Source: a virus (taxonomy: Duplodnaviria; Caudoviricetes). Taken from it: a stretch of DNA of 64,000 nt. The notes under the pieces were generated by a model. The model was not told where the DNA came from and ran no database searches. It was given only the letters and a program-made list of their open reading frames with translations. Below, piece after piece: positions 23,989 to 34,924 of the stretch; within the stretch, counting starts at the first letter, position 1; every line of letters starts with the position of its first letter. A program made the position numbers and the translations under genes. Location of the stretch: positions 70,902 to 134,901 of the IMG/VR virus record IMGVR_UViG_3300031998_000017; one strand, 5' to 3'.

Positions 23989-25527
23989 TTAGAAAGCGGA
24001 AACCTGCATCTTTGGATTTACATTTATTTGTAAATCAGGTAAATCTATTAGCTGATAATTATAATCAGTAGCGAACATAGGTATTACTCTACATGTTCCT
24101 TGATTTGCCTTACATCATAATAATATATCTTTGTATTGTCCTCTACGATTTTTATATACTGAAATCTTTATTGCGGGCTCTTCAAATTTAAAGCGCGCTA
24201 TAACTTCTCTTAAGGCTTCTTTATCTTCTTTACTTGTCTTAAGCATAATCATACCTAAGTCAATTTTGTCGGCTATTGATTTAGCACCACGCAATAGGTT
24301 TTGGTCATATTGTTGAGCGGTAGTGTAATCAGCATTTAACTGTGTAGCAGTTAAGATAAACACACCATATTCATTACATAGGTCTTTAAGTTTAATAGAA
24401 ATCATAAATAATACATTATCTTCTCTTAAACCTTTTATTCCTGTTTTCGATGTAACCTCACTCAATATCTTCATTGACGTATGTAAGTAATCGAAAAAGA
24501 TATATCGTACATCCCATTCATGTATACCAAATTTAATAGTGTTTTCGATGTCCTTCATAGAAAAGTCAGGAAGTTTCTTAATGTAGATTGGACATTTTTT
24601 CAATAACTCTGCTGCATATAGAACTCTTTCTAGCTCTCCTTCTTCATAGTTGTTATAAATTATATGGCTTTCGTTTACATCAGATAAGAACGCAAGCATC
24701 ATTGTTTGTATCTCATCTACTTCTTGCTCTGTTGTGATAAACATAGTAGGTTCTTTCGTTCCATTGTCTATCCATTTTCCTTGTTCTGAATCATATATTC
24801 TATCGCATGCAATAGAGCATGAATCAGCTATCATACTACGAGTTTTACCAACACCTGTAGCCGCAGAACGTAAATAGAATTTCTTTAAACGAGCTCCACG
24901 CGTAACTGTGTTAATGTAAGGGCCATACATTGGGTAACCAATCTCAGGTCTTTTTTGTAAACTTTCGATAAGTTCGTTGACTTTATCTCCTGCTTGAATG
25001 AAATCCTCATTAGAATCATCTACATATTTCATTCTTATTTCAGTTATTTTTTTATCTATTAAATCCGCAATAGCGTCAAGAGATGAATTATCTAACCAAT
25101 CTTCTTGAGCTTGTTTCTTTTTTGCATCTAAAATATTATCTACATCATATAACCAAGATAAATCCATTCCCGCGTTGCTATACATTCTTAATAAAGTCAT
25201 TTTTTTCATCTTTTGATAATAATAATCAAAAGTAGAAAGTTGAATATTTTGTGATATTTTTTCTAAATATTCTGCACCTTTATAATTTTTATATACAGCT
25301 AAGCTCTTTGGTCTATCTTTTAAATAATCTTCTATTGTATTAACAGAGATTTCTTTTGCGCCAAGCGCGTGTAAGTTATATATAGAACCAAATAATATTT
25401 TATGGAATTCTTCAGTAAAATCATCTTCGTGAAAGAAGTAATTTTCATTATCTAATAGAGTAGGATTTTGATAGATACAACCGATAACTTGAATAATTGC
25501 TGAGACATCTACATATTTACTACTCAT
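23989..25527 (-). CDS. dnaB: DnaB-like replicative helicase (512 aa, one TGA=Trp)
   Basis: AATGVGKT, FFDYL, ATQLN, IADKID, KNRRG; read-through of TGA at 24115 adds 42 residues to TAA at 23989. Confidence 0.88.
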
Positions 25528-26044
25528 TTTTACCTTCCTCCTCTAATTCAAAAAGTCGTTTATTTTGCACATATACTCTAGGGGAGGCAATCTCCACCGT
25601 TGTAACTACAGGTTGATATGTTGTTTTAGTATCATTCGCTAATTTTGCAAGGTATATATTATAATAATATTTACATGCATCATCATAAACAAACGGCACT
25701 ATACCTATACCTTCATTTGCTAGTTCAGTCGTATTCCCTTTAATTTCATACCACCAATATAGAGTTTTTAACATACCTGAATATGTGTAATTATAATCTT
25801 CTCTATAATCCTTAATTTGTTTTCTTATTTTTGCGGATATGGTATCTAATTTAAATAAACGCTTTATATAAGTTTCAAGCGCTAAATAATCTTGTTCTTG
25901 TTGCGGAATTGATGCTTGGTACTTATCATAGCACTCTTTATGCGCATATCTTCTTCCGCCTACATCTACAAAGGGTTCTGCATTTCTATCAAATACCTGT
26001 TGACAATATTTACATTTAACGAGCTTTTTAGCCATGCTCATCAC
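25520..26044 (-). CDS. Zn-finger hypothetical protein (possible helicase loader/replication factor)
   Basis: CKYC...HKEC motif; coupled to the helicase gene. Confidence 0.6.
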   Translation of the reverse strand: MMSMAKKLVKCKYCQQVFDRNAEPFVDVGGRRYAHKECYDKYQASIPQQEQDYLALETYIKRLFKLDTISAKIRKQIKDYREDYNYTYSGMLKTLYWWYEIKGNTTELANEGIGIVPFVYDDACKYYYNIYLAKLANDTKTTYQPVVTTVEIASPRVYVQNKRLFELEEEGKNE

Positions 26045-26113
26045 CTCTGTCTTAAAAATAAATAAAAGAGAAGATAATATTTTGAACTTTATTATCTTCT
26101 CTCCTTTCTTTCA

Positions 26114-27118
26114 TTATTTAATCAAGTCTTCTAAATCTAACACAATAAGATTTAATTGTTCAACTTGGTCTCTAGTGCATTGACTAGCTTTTTTACCTTT
26201 ACCTAAATACTTTTCAGTAATTTGAACTATTTTAGGTGTCCAGTTATTTGTCATTTCTTCTTCAGTATGAGTACTTACTATTTTAGATACTATTTCATTG
26301 AACTTATTCATAACAGTATCGAAGTCTAATTCTTGTAAAGTTTTTGCAACTGCTTTTTCATCAGTAAACAATTCTGCTTTACCACTCATTTTTTCTTCTT
26401 TATCAATAGCATCATTAAGCGCTTTTACTAAAGATTGATAGTTGAACTCTATTTCAGGTTCAATATATTTAAATCTACTCTTTGCATCTACAGAATTATC
26501 TGCTGACCTTAGAGTAAGCATAACTTTAGATGTTCCATCTTCTAGAACTACATTATGCGCGTATCCAAATATATCTACCATATTTTTAATAATTTCATCA
26601 TAAGCAGTAGATAATGATGTTACTATTTGATTATATTCTGTTCCATCTTGTCTCTTGAATGTTTTGTCTTTAGCGTGAGAAATAAAGAATAGTGAATATC
26701 CTAGTTGTGAAATTGTTCTAAATGTTTCTTCAAATTCTTTCTTAACTTTTGCCCAGCCATTAACAGCCCATCCACCATCTCCGATATTTTCAATACCTAG
26801 AGTGTTACAGATGTATTTTTCACATAATGAAGCGGCTATATCTACTGTGTCTACTACTATACATTTAAAATTTTCTTTTACTTCAGGTTTCTTTAATTCT
26901 CTTACTACTTGTTTCATTTCACCCCAAGAAGAAATATCTTGAGCTATGATACCAGGAATTGCATTGTATCCTTTCTCAAATGCTAATAATAATGACTTAT
27001 CCATTTGAGATGCTAATGTTGTTTTACCAGTTCCAGCTGCACCATAGATATAGGTGATATATGTACTTAAATCTCTACTCACTTTGTGAGGTTTTATTTC
27101 TAATAAATTAATTGCCAT
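26114..27118 (-). CDS. Sak4-like AAA ATPase / ssDNA annealing protein
   Basis: YGAAGTGKTT, VVDTVD, FISH; adjacent to SSB-like gene. Confidence 0.8.
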   Translation of the reverse strand: MAINLLEIKPHKVSRDLSTYITYIYGAAGTGKTTLASQMDKSLLLAFEKGYNAIPGIIAQDISSWGEMKQVVRELKKPEVKENFKCIVVDTVDIAASLCEKYICNTLGIENIGDGGWAVNGWAKVKKEFEETFRTISQLGYSLFFISHAKDKTFKRQDGTEYNQIVTSLSTAYDEIIKNMVDIFGYAHNVVLEDGTSKVMLTLRSADNSVDAKSRFKYIEPEIEFNYQSLVKALNDAIDKEEKMSGKAELFTDEKAVAKTLQELDFDTVMNKFNEIVSKIVSTHTEEEMTNNWTPKIVQITEKYLGKGKKASQCTRDQVEQLNLIVLDLEDLIK

Positions 27119-27172
27119 ATAGTCCTCCTTTACTTAACTTATCAAATAAAAGGGGGAATAACCCCCTATCAA

Positions 27173-28144
27173 TTAGAAGTTAAAACTTTTTGTTGTTGTA
27201 GCTGCTACTGTTGCATTAGCTGTAGGTGCTATTGTAGCTCCTGATGTTGTAGTTGTTGTTGTTGCTTTACTTGCAGCATACTCGTCTCTACGTTTCTTAA
27301 TATCAGCTAAACGAACTTCTCTATCTTGTGCTGCTTTCTTAAGTTCTTCAACAGTTAAAACTCCTTCTTCACCAAATTCATATGGTACTTTAGAAGTTCC
27401 TGTGATAACCCATTCTTTAATTTTTCTTTCATAAGTTCTTACAGCTTCTTCACCAAATGCAGTTTCTTCCTTAACTTCTCTAACATCTGAGTTACAAGTT
27501 ATTTTACCCCATACTTTTGTGAATACAGGTTCATTTTGACTTGCGCCTAAATCTTCAAAGTAAGTCATTCCTTCATTTGTTCTAACTATGTAGTCAACAG
27601 GTAAAAGATTATTTCTAAAATCAAATACTGCTCCTTTAACTACTACATAATCATCTTTAATATTTTTTTCAGGGTCAGCTTCTATTCTATTAACTCCTGT
27701 GATTACCATATCAGTTGCGAAAGTATTTCTTTCTGCTTCTGGTGCTAATTCACCACTAAGAATAGTTACAAAACCACCTTCATTAACTTTTGTAGATACT
27801 AGTCTATCATCTTGTGTGTAGAAATCATTTAATGCTAATGCTGTATCAATTCTTACTTTCATAGCAGAATCTTTACCATCAGCTATCCAAGTTTTTCCAC
27901 CGTCAATGATTTTCTTTAGGTTAGTATAAGTTGCATTTGTGTTTCCGTTACTTGTAACTTCAACTACATAAGTAAAGTGAACAGGTACTATATTTAAACC
28001 AGCTTCATCTGTTGCTATTTCAAGGTTACCAGAGATAAACTCTTTACCATGATTAGGAGATGCTGGATTTTGAACTGTCTTTAATACTAAATTATGTTGA
28101 TATACTCTTCCTTCTACTCTCTCATTGTTAATCATTTTCTTCAT
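27173..28144 (-). CDS. Phage single-stranded DNA-binding protein-like
   Basis: Beta-rich protein with low-complexity tail ending in F, next to Sak4-like gene. Confidence 0.6.
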   Translation of the reverse strand: MKKMINNERVEGRVYQHNLVLKTVQNPASPNHGKEFISGNLEIATDEAGLNIVPVHFTYVVEVTSNGNTNATYTNLKKIIDGGKTWIADGKDSAMKVRIDTALALNDFYTQDDRLVSTKVNEGGFVTILSGELAPEAERNTFATDMVITGVNRIEADPEKNIKDDYVVVKGAVFDFRNNLLPVDYIVRTNEGMTYFEDLGASQNEPVFTKVWGKITCNSDVREVKEETAFGEEAVRTYERKIKEWVITGTSKVPYEFGEEGVLTVEELKKAAQDREVRLADIKKRRDEYAASKATTTTTTSGATIAPTANATVAATTTKSFNF

Positions 28145-28244
28145 AACTTTCTTTACTCCTTTTCTTTTTTATTTACTTTTTTTTATACACATATATTATA
28201 TCAAAAATTTATATATTTGTCAAAAAACCTGCACACATGCGAGG

Positions 28245-28895
28245 CTAGTTGAATAAATGGTGTTCTTTCAATATCTCGTTGCATATAAACTGGTCAGTTG
28301 CAGTTTGAGCTGAGAACCAGAAACCACTATCTATATGTTTGTTAAATTTACTTTCAGTTATTTTTGTTCTCTCTATGAATAAGTTCTTTATAATAGTAAA
28401 CTGCGCTTCCTCGACTGATGCTTTGTTAAAGCGAGGTGAGTCAGGTTCTTCAGAGTTCATACTTTCTATAATTGGATTTTGGTATCTATATGCAAAAGTT
28501 GCAGATGGATAACAATATCTTTTATGTCCGGCTAGATATACTAACATAGCGTTTCCTGCGCAGACATTAATATTAATTATATCTACTGGTGTTTTAGAAA
28601 GTTTAATTGAGTCCGCAATACATAATGCAGAATTTAAATCTCCATCTTGAGCATTAATAAATATTTTGATAGATTTTCTTGATGAGAATGCAGTAACATT
28701 ATATAAATCTACTTCATTCCAATGTCTAATAATGCTATCTATTTCCTCTGCTGTTTGAGGGTTAATTTCATTCAATATAATTTCTCTACTAGTGAATTTT
28801 GAATATTTAATTAGTTCTTCGCTTGATGTTAAATAAGTTTTTGTTCTTTGTAGACCTCTTTTTATTTTATTAAATATCATAAAATCTCCTTTCAA
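28245..28895 (-). CDS. ClpP-fold protein, apparently lacking catalytic residues
   Basis: REIIL..EI, IKIFINAQDGD, LAGHKRYCYPSATF, WFSAQTA resemble ClpP; Ser and His positions read as G and Y. Confidence 0.7.
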   Translation of the reverse strand: MKGDFMIFNKIKRGLQRTKTYLTSSEELIKYSKFTSREIILNEINPQTAEEIDSIIRHWNEVDLYNVTAFSSRKSIKIFINAQDGDLNSALCIADSIKLSKTPVDIININVCAGNAMLVYLAGHKRYCYPSATFAYRYQNPIIESMNSEEPDSPRFNKASVEEAQFTIIKNLFIERTKITESKFNKHIDSGFWFSAQTATDQFICNEILKEHHLFN

Positions 28896-28930
28896 TTATA
28901 TAATATCATTATTATTTAAAAAAGTCAATA

Positions 28931-29845
28931 TTACTTTCTATTTCCTCCTGTGCTATTATAACCATATTCTTTAGATTGATACAATTTTATATAGAAACTC
29001 TCTTTTTCATCTAATTGTTGAGTAGGGCATTTCTCTAATAATTCAAAAGTAAAATTGTCAATATCATCTTTTAACATATCTTGGTATAGTTTATTATTAG
29101 AAGGGGTATCAATTCCTAACCCGCATTTCATATGCTCTCTCCAACGTTCACGGATATTTTTTGCTTGACCAATATAACATAAATTAGATAATTTATTTGT
29201 AATTTTATATATACCACAAACATCTGCGCCAGTTCCTAATACACGAGCTGCTAAATCATTAGCGCGTTTAGAATAATAAGTTTGCCAGATAATCATTTTT
29301 ACGGGACGTGGGTCACGTAATTCAGATTCAATACTGCGTAATACTTTAGCTTCGTGCAAATCTACTTCATCAAGAGATAGAGAATAGAATTGTTCTTTTT
29401 CTCTTATCTCTTGTTCTTTCAATAGGGCATCCATTGCAGCTTTACGAGTTGCGGAAATACTTTCTAATGCTTTTTTCTGCTCTTGTATTGCTTGTAATAT
29501 TTCTTGTTGTTGATTATCATATATATCTTGCAATCTTTTAATTAATTCATCATATTCTTCATCAACTTCTTGATATTGATGTTCTAATTCATCATGATAA
29601 ACTTCAAAACTCTCTTTTGCAGTTTCTTGCATTTGATGAAGAATTAAGCGTTGATTTAAAGTCGTTGCATTATTCTGGTCTATTTCTGATTGAGTTTCTA
29701 TTTTCTTTAATTGGAGTTCTGTCAACTCCTTTTGGATGGTTTCGTTTTCATCTCTAGTAAGTTTGATTTGTTTACTAGCAACATATATTAAAATTATTCC
29801 CACTATTAGCGCAATCGCGCCTAATATTGCTATGAATAATTCCAT
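28931..29845 (-). CDS. Membrane-anchored coiled-coil protein with C-terminal GIY-YIG domain
   Basis: N-terminal hydrophobic helix, Q/E-rich coiled coil, GIYKITN...YIGQA...RWREH...GYN. Confidence 0.85.
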   Translation of the reverse strand: MELFIAILGAIALIVGIILIYVASKQIKLTRDENETIQKELTELQLKKIETQSEIDQNNATTLNQRLILHQMQETAKESFEVYHDELEHQYQEVDEEYDELIKRLQDIYDNQQQEILQAIQEQKKALESISATRKAAMDALLKEQEIREKEQFYSLSLDEVDLHEAKVLRSIESELRDPRPVKMIIWQTYYSKRANDLAARVLGTGADVCGIYKITNKLSNLCYIGQAKNIRERWREHMKCGLGIDTPSNNKLYQDMLKDDIDNFTFELLEKCPTQQLDEKESFYIKLYQSKEYGYNSTGGNRK

Positions 29846-29899
29846 AAAAACTCCTTCAAAATAAAAAACTAGGTATTAAACCTAGTTTTTATTATTTAA

Positions 29900-30163
29900 T
29901 TATTCAGCGTCTGTTGCGTTAGGGTCGAATGCTTTACCAGCGTCAGTTAATTTGATTAATTTGATAGGTTTATGTCCTTCTTCAGTTTCAATTTCAGCTG
30001 GAATTCTTTCCATTAATCCTTTTTTGCAGAATGCAGAAGTAACAACACCATTAACTTGTCTAACTCCTAATCCTGTTCCTTCAGCTATATCAGCTGCTGT
30101 AATATCTTTTCCATCATTTGCTTTTACGAATTCGTAAACTAATTTTGCGTTTTCACTTAACAT
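29900..30163 (-). CDS. Winged-HTH DNA-binding protein
   Basis: ITAADIAEGTGLGVRQVNGVV...KKGLMER...LTDAGK; start at MLSEN with GAGGAG RBS. Confidence 0.75.
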   Translation of the reverse strand: MLSENAKLVYEFVKANDGKDITAADIAEGTGLGVRQVNGVVTSAFCKKGLMERIPAEIETEEGHKPIKLIKLTDAGKAFDPNATDAE

Positions 30164-30328
30164 TGTATAATTTCTCCTCTTTTTCTTATATTTTTGATGT
30201 TTCTTCATCTTTTTATTACATATATATTATATCAAAAAATTTTATCTTTGTCAACACTTTTTATTATTTTTTATATGTATAAAAATCTTTCTTCATCTTT
30301 TATTTATTACATATATATTATATCAAAA

Positions 30329-32284
30329 TTATTTTTGTAAGTCAAATTTTTTTATAAAAGTTTCTTCATCTATAATATCAATATGTAATTCCTTAGCTTT
30401 TTTGTTTTTAGCGGAAGTGCTTTCAATATCATTATTGATTAGATAATTAACATTTGCGCTAACAGAGCCTACGCATTTTCCACCAAGGTCTTCAATATAC
30501 TTAACCAACTCATCTCTATTTTTCCAATTTGTTATTTTTCCAGTAATACAAAATGTTAGATTTTCTAATTTTTTATTATTTTCTTTTATTTCTATTTTAT
30601 TTTCAATTATTAAATAATTTTTAACTATATAATCTAATTCATTAAAATTATAATTTTTTAATGATTTGTTCATCTCATACCCGAAACCATCAAGACTAGA
30701 AAAATCATAATCGGGGTTTGTGCAATGTTCTTTAAAATTATCATATGTTTTAAATTCTTTTGCTAAGTCTTTTGCTACAGATGCACCAACTAATGGTATA
30801 CCGGCAGCGCATATAATTGCTTCTAAAGAACAATAACAACAATTTTTAATGGCGGTTAATATATTATCTACGGATTTAGCACCAAAACCGGGTTGCTTAA
30901 TCCACTCATTGCGATGCTCATATAATATGAAAATATCCTGAATTGAATTAATCCACCCTAAATCCATAAGTTTTTCAATTGTTGCTTTTGATAAACCTTT
31001 CGCATCTAAACCTTTTTTACCAAAGAAATGGTCTATACGGTTTAACAATTTTCCTTCACAATTAGGATTTGCACAATATAATACTTTACTTTCATTCTCT
31101 TGTTTAATTTCAGTTTCTTTATTACAGATAGGACAAGTAAATGGCATACCAAAATACTCTTTATTATCTGTTCTGTCTATATCTTTTTCTGCTTTTGATA
31201 TTTGTGGTATTATTTGATTTGCTTTATAAACATATACTTGCTGACCTTTCCAGCCATATCCATCTAATAAATCTTCCATAACACTAATATTGTGTAAACT
31301 AGCTCTAGATACTTCTGTTCCATCAATTTCAACAGGCTCTAATATAGCTACTGGAGTTAAAATTCCAGTTCTACCCATAGTCCATTCTATATCTTGAAGA
31401 GTTGTTTCATATTCTTCATCATAGAACTTATATGCTAATCCACCTTTTAAATGATGGTCTGTTCTACCTTCTGCTTCATATTCTGCGCAAATGTCTAACT
31501 TGAAGACTAAACCATCAATAGGGTAGCCTAATTTTTTGCACTCATCTTTAATAAAATTAGATTGTTGCTCTAAATCATCTAAGTTGCTGCCAACTCCGCC
31601 TATGAAAAATGGAACTGTTATAAAGTTAATTGTTTTTAAATAATCTAATTTAGAAGATAAGTATTCCCAATTAGGATGTCCAATAATGTCCCAAGCAACA
31701 AAAGTTAAATGTCTTTTAGCACATTCTGCATTATCTAGTAGTCTTATACTTCCACTAGCAAAATTACGCGGGTTCTTATATTCATCAGAGAATTCTTCAA
31801 AATCATTATAAGTGCAGATAACTTCTCCATCTATAATTAATTCATCTTGGTAAGGAATTCTCTTTGGAATACCATTTACAACATAAGCATTGTGAGTTAT
31901 ATCTTCTCCCTCAATACCATTACCACGCGTTTCCGCAGATACAAGTTTCCCATTAACATATCTTAATGAACAAGTTAAACCGTCCATTTTAGCCATGCCA
32001 ATAAAGCTTCTATCTTTCACGAAGCTCAATATTTCACTTATATCTTTGGTTTTATCAAGGGATAGCATAGGGTGATTATGTTGAACTTTATTTAATTGGC
32101 TAATTACTTGATAATCTACCTTTTGAGTAGGACTGTCTGGAAGGCATACACCAGTTTCTTTTTCTAACTCTTGAAGTTGAAAATACATATTATCCCACTC
32201 TTTGTCAGAAATAACCGGATGACCTTCATCATATAGTTTTGTATGATAATTTAATTTTTCAATTAATTCTTTCATTTTGTCCAT
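30329..32284 (-). CDS. ligA: NAD-dependent DNA ligase
   Basis: HPMLSLDK, KMDG, TRGNG, NPRNFASG, DGLVFK, GRTG, Zn finger, BRCT tail. Confidence 0.96.
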   Translation of the reverse strand: MDKMKELIEKLNYHTKLYDEGHPVISDKEWDNMYFQLQELEKETGVCLPDSPTQKVDYQVISQLNKVQHNHPMLSLDKTKDISEILSFVKDRSFIGMAKMDGLTCSLRYVNGKLVSAETRGNGIEGEDITHNAYVVNGIPKRIPYQDELIIDGEVICTYNDFEEFSDEYKNPRNFASGSIRLLDNAECAKRHLTFVAWDIIGHPNWEYLSSKLDYLKTINFITVPFFIGGVGSNLDDLEQQSNFIKDECKKLGYPIDGLVFKLDICAEYEAEGRTDHHLKGGLAYKFYDEEYETTLQDIEWTMGRTGILTPVAILEPVEIDGTEVSRASLHNISVMEDLLDGYGWKGQQVYVYKANQIIPQISKAEKDIDRTDNKEYFGMPFTCPICNKETEIKQENESKVLYCANPNCEGKLLNRIDHFFGKKGLDAKGLSKATIEKLMDLGWINSIQDIFILYEHRNEWIKQPGFGAKSVDNILTAIKNCCYCSLEAIICAAGIPLVGASVAKDLAKEFKTYDNFKEHCTNPDYDFSSLDGFGYEMNKSLKNYNFNELDYIVKNYLIIENKIEIKENNKKLENLTFCITGKITNWKNRDELVKYIEDLGGKCVGSVSANVNYLINNDIESTSAKNKKAKELHIDIIDEETFIKKFDLQK

Positions 32285-32350
32285 ATGCTATTTCTCCTTT
32301 TTATATAAATATTATATCATTATTTTTTATATAAATCAAAAAAGTAACTT

Positions 32351-32575
32351 TTAACAAGTTACTTTATATGGAGGAGTTAAATCAGTTTGTTTTTCATCTG
32401 GACCTGTATAGGTTATCTTTGTTGGATTGAAAGGTTGCACCACTGATTTTTGTGATTTTAATTCCTCATATTTTCCTTTTATAATTAATAATTGTTTATA
32501 TTCTTCTAATGAAATTGTAATTTTTTCTTCCGGCAATACTTGATAGTAATGTGCTGAAGTTATATTTTTTTCCAT
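32351..32575 (-). CDS. Hypothetical protein
   Basis: GGAGGA RBS. Confidence 0.6.
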   Translation of the reverse strand: MEKNITSAHYYQVLPEEKITISLEEYKQLLIIKGKYEELKSQKSVVQPFNPTKITYTGPDEKQTDLTPPYKVTC

Positions 32576-32584
32576 TAATTCCTC

Positions 32585-34924
32585 CTATAATTTTACTATT
32601 GAATTTATTTGTGCATTCTTAATCATTATATTACCAAGTGCAGTTCTACCTAATTTTGGTAGCTCAGTAGCTGATATGCAGATAGATGTTTTACCTAACA
32701 ATAGGATATTATCATCATCACTTATGGCTACTGCTCCAACGACAGCTCCAGTTTCTGGGCTTGTTTTATATATACAAACTCCCTTACCCGCTTTGCCTTG
32801 TAGAGGAAATTCACTTATCTCAACTTTTTTCCCATTTCCAATTGAGCTAAAAATTGCTATAGTTTGGTTAGTGTTTCTAATAGGAATTCCCGCAACTACT
32901 TCATCACCATCCGCAAGTTTAATTCCTTTTAGACCAGCAGTTACTCTTCCTATTGGGGCTATTGATTTTGTATCAAAGTGAATTGAATATCCGCCCTTAG
33001 TTATTAAGATTAAATCTTCTTCGTTCATCAATTCAATATTAGCAATACTATCTCCATCTTTAATATTAATAGCGGCTATACCTGAATTGCGCTTTGTTTT
33101 AATATATTCTTCTAATAAAGTTTTCTTTACTAAACCTTGTTTTGTCACAAAGACTACATATTGCGCATTATTTTCTCTTTCTAAATTAGTAATTGCTATT
33201 ACTTTTTCACTAGGTTCAAGAGCAATAAGTGTTGCTATATTTGCGCCTTTGCTTACATTTGTCCCTACTGGTAGTTTATCTACTAGTATTCTATACATCT
33301 TTCCTTTATCTGTGAATAGCATTAGTGTATCAGTTGTGTTAGTTTTAATTGTAGCCATTATAGCTTCGTCAGCAGTTTTAACTCCTTTTCCGCCTTTGCG
33401 TTGAGTTCTAAAACTTGCTTTAGGTATTCTTTTGATATCGCCTGTTTGTGAAAGTATTACTACTACATCTTCAGGGATAACTGCCGCAATCTCTTTTTCT
33501 TCTTTTGTTTCAACTATTTGCGCTAATTCTGTTTTTCTTGCATCTCCATATTTCTTTACTAAATTATCTAATCTTTCAAGAATTACTTCCTTTTGTAGTT
33601 TTGTTGAACCTAAAACTTTATTAAGTTCATCAATTTTACTTGTTAATTCGTTCTTTTCTTCATTTAATTCTATCTTTTCTAATTTAGCTAAGCTACCTAA
33701 TCTCATAGCAACTATTGATTTTGCTTGAGGTTCAGTAAATTTATATTCTTTTACAAGTCCATCCTTAGCTGCAGCACTAGATTCAGATTTCTTAATAAAG
33801 GCAATTATATTATCAATGTCTTCTAATGCTTTGATTAAACCGTTAACTATTTCTAGGCGGGCTTCAGCAGCTTTTAAATCATAGTCATATTCTTTAATTA
33901 AACAGTCAATATTATGTTGCATGTATATTTCAATACAATCTTTTAAATTTACTTCTGTTGGTGTTTTGTTTATAAGGGCAACTTGATTGTATGAAAAACT
34001 GCTTTGTAAATCAGTTAATTGGAATAGTTTATTAACAATAGCTTCAGGGTTAACTCCTTTTTCGCATTCAACAACTATTCTTAAACCTTTTTTATTACTT
34101 TCGTTGCGGATATTCTCTATATCAGGTATATCAGTTTCTGCTACTTTACCAATTTCCGCAATTAAAGCTTCTGTTGAAGTTCCATATGGTATTTCATAAA
34201 ATACTATATTTTGCTTTTCAATTTTATATTTTGCTCTAATTCTTACTGTCCCATGACCAGTTCTCATTATAGAAGGAATATCATCTTTATTAATTACTAC
34301 TCCTCCTGTTGGGAAATCAGGGCCTGGTAACATAGGTTCTTTACCGTCATTATAATCATGAATTGCTTGCGCAACTTCTTTTAAATTATGTGGGGCAAAA
34401 TTACAAGCCATAGCCACACCTATACCTGTGTTTGGATTACATAATAGGTTAGGGAATATAGCAGGCAATGTAACAGGTTCTTCAGCATCTTCTGAATAGT
34501 TAGGTATAAAATCAACATTTCTTTTCTTTATACCAAATAGCATACCATCTTCCGCAAGTTTTGATAATCTTGCTTCTGTGTAACGCATATGCGCAGGTCC
34601 ATCACCATCAATATTACCATTACTTCCATGCCAATCTATTAGAGGGTATCTCATAACCCAAGGTTGAGATAATCTAACAAGAGCGCCATAGATAGATGAG
34701 TCACCATGAGGGTGATATGTACCCATAACATCTCCAACTATTTTAGCTGATTTAACATGCGGTTTACTGAATGTATAACCTTTTTCAAAAGCTCCCCATA
34801 AAATTCTACGGGCAACTGGTTTTAAACCACAAGCTGAGTCAGGGATTGCACGGTCAGAGTTAACCGCAACTGCATATTCAATAAAGTTAGTGCTTAATTC
34901 ATTTAATAAATCATTATTCTGCAT
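32585..34924 (-). CDS. gyrA: Type IIA topoisomerase subunit A (gyrase-like)
   Basis: RAIPD, GLKPVARR, YHPHGD, MRYTEARL, GPDFPTGG, GyrA-box-like QRKGGKG. Confidence 0.93.
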   Translation of the reverse strand: MQNNDLLNELSTNFIEYAVAVNSDRAIPDSACGLKPVARRILWGAFEKGYTFSKPHVKSAKIVGDVMGTYHPHGDSSIYGALVRLSQPWVMRYPLIDWHGSNGNIDGDGPAHMRYTEARLSKLAEDGMLFGIKKRNVDFIPNYSEDAEEPVTLPAIFPNLLCNPNTGIGVAMACNFAPHNLKEVAQAIHDYNDGKEPMLPGPDFPTGGVVINKDDIPSIMRTGHGTVRIRAKYKIEKQNIVFYEIPYGTSTEALIAEIGKVAETDIPDIENIRNESNKKGLRIVVECEKGVNPEAIVNKLFQLTDLQSSFSYNQVALINKTPTEVNLKDCIEIYMQHNIDCLIKEYDYDLKAAEARLEIVNGLIKALEDIDNIIAFIKKSESSAAAKDGLVKEYKFTEPQAKSIVAMRLGSLAKLEKIELNEEKNELTSKIDELNKVLGSTKLQKEVILERLDNLVKKYGDARKTELAQIVETKEEKEIAAVIPEDVVVILSQTGDIKRIPKASFRTQRKGGKGVKTADEAIMATIKTNTTDTLMLFTDKGKMYRILVDKLPVGTNVSKGANIATLIALEPSEKVIAITNLERENNAQYVVFVTKQGLVKKTLLEEYIKTKRNSGIAAINIKDGDSIANIELMNEEDLILITKGGYSIHFDTKSIAPIGRVTAGLKGIKLADGDEVVAGIPIRNTNQTIAIFSSIGNGKKVEISEFPLQGKAGKGVCIYKTSPETGAVVGAVAISDDDNILLLGKTSICISATELPKLGRTALGNIMIKNAQINSIVKL

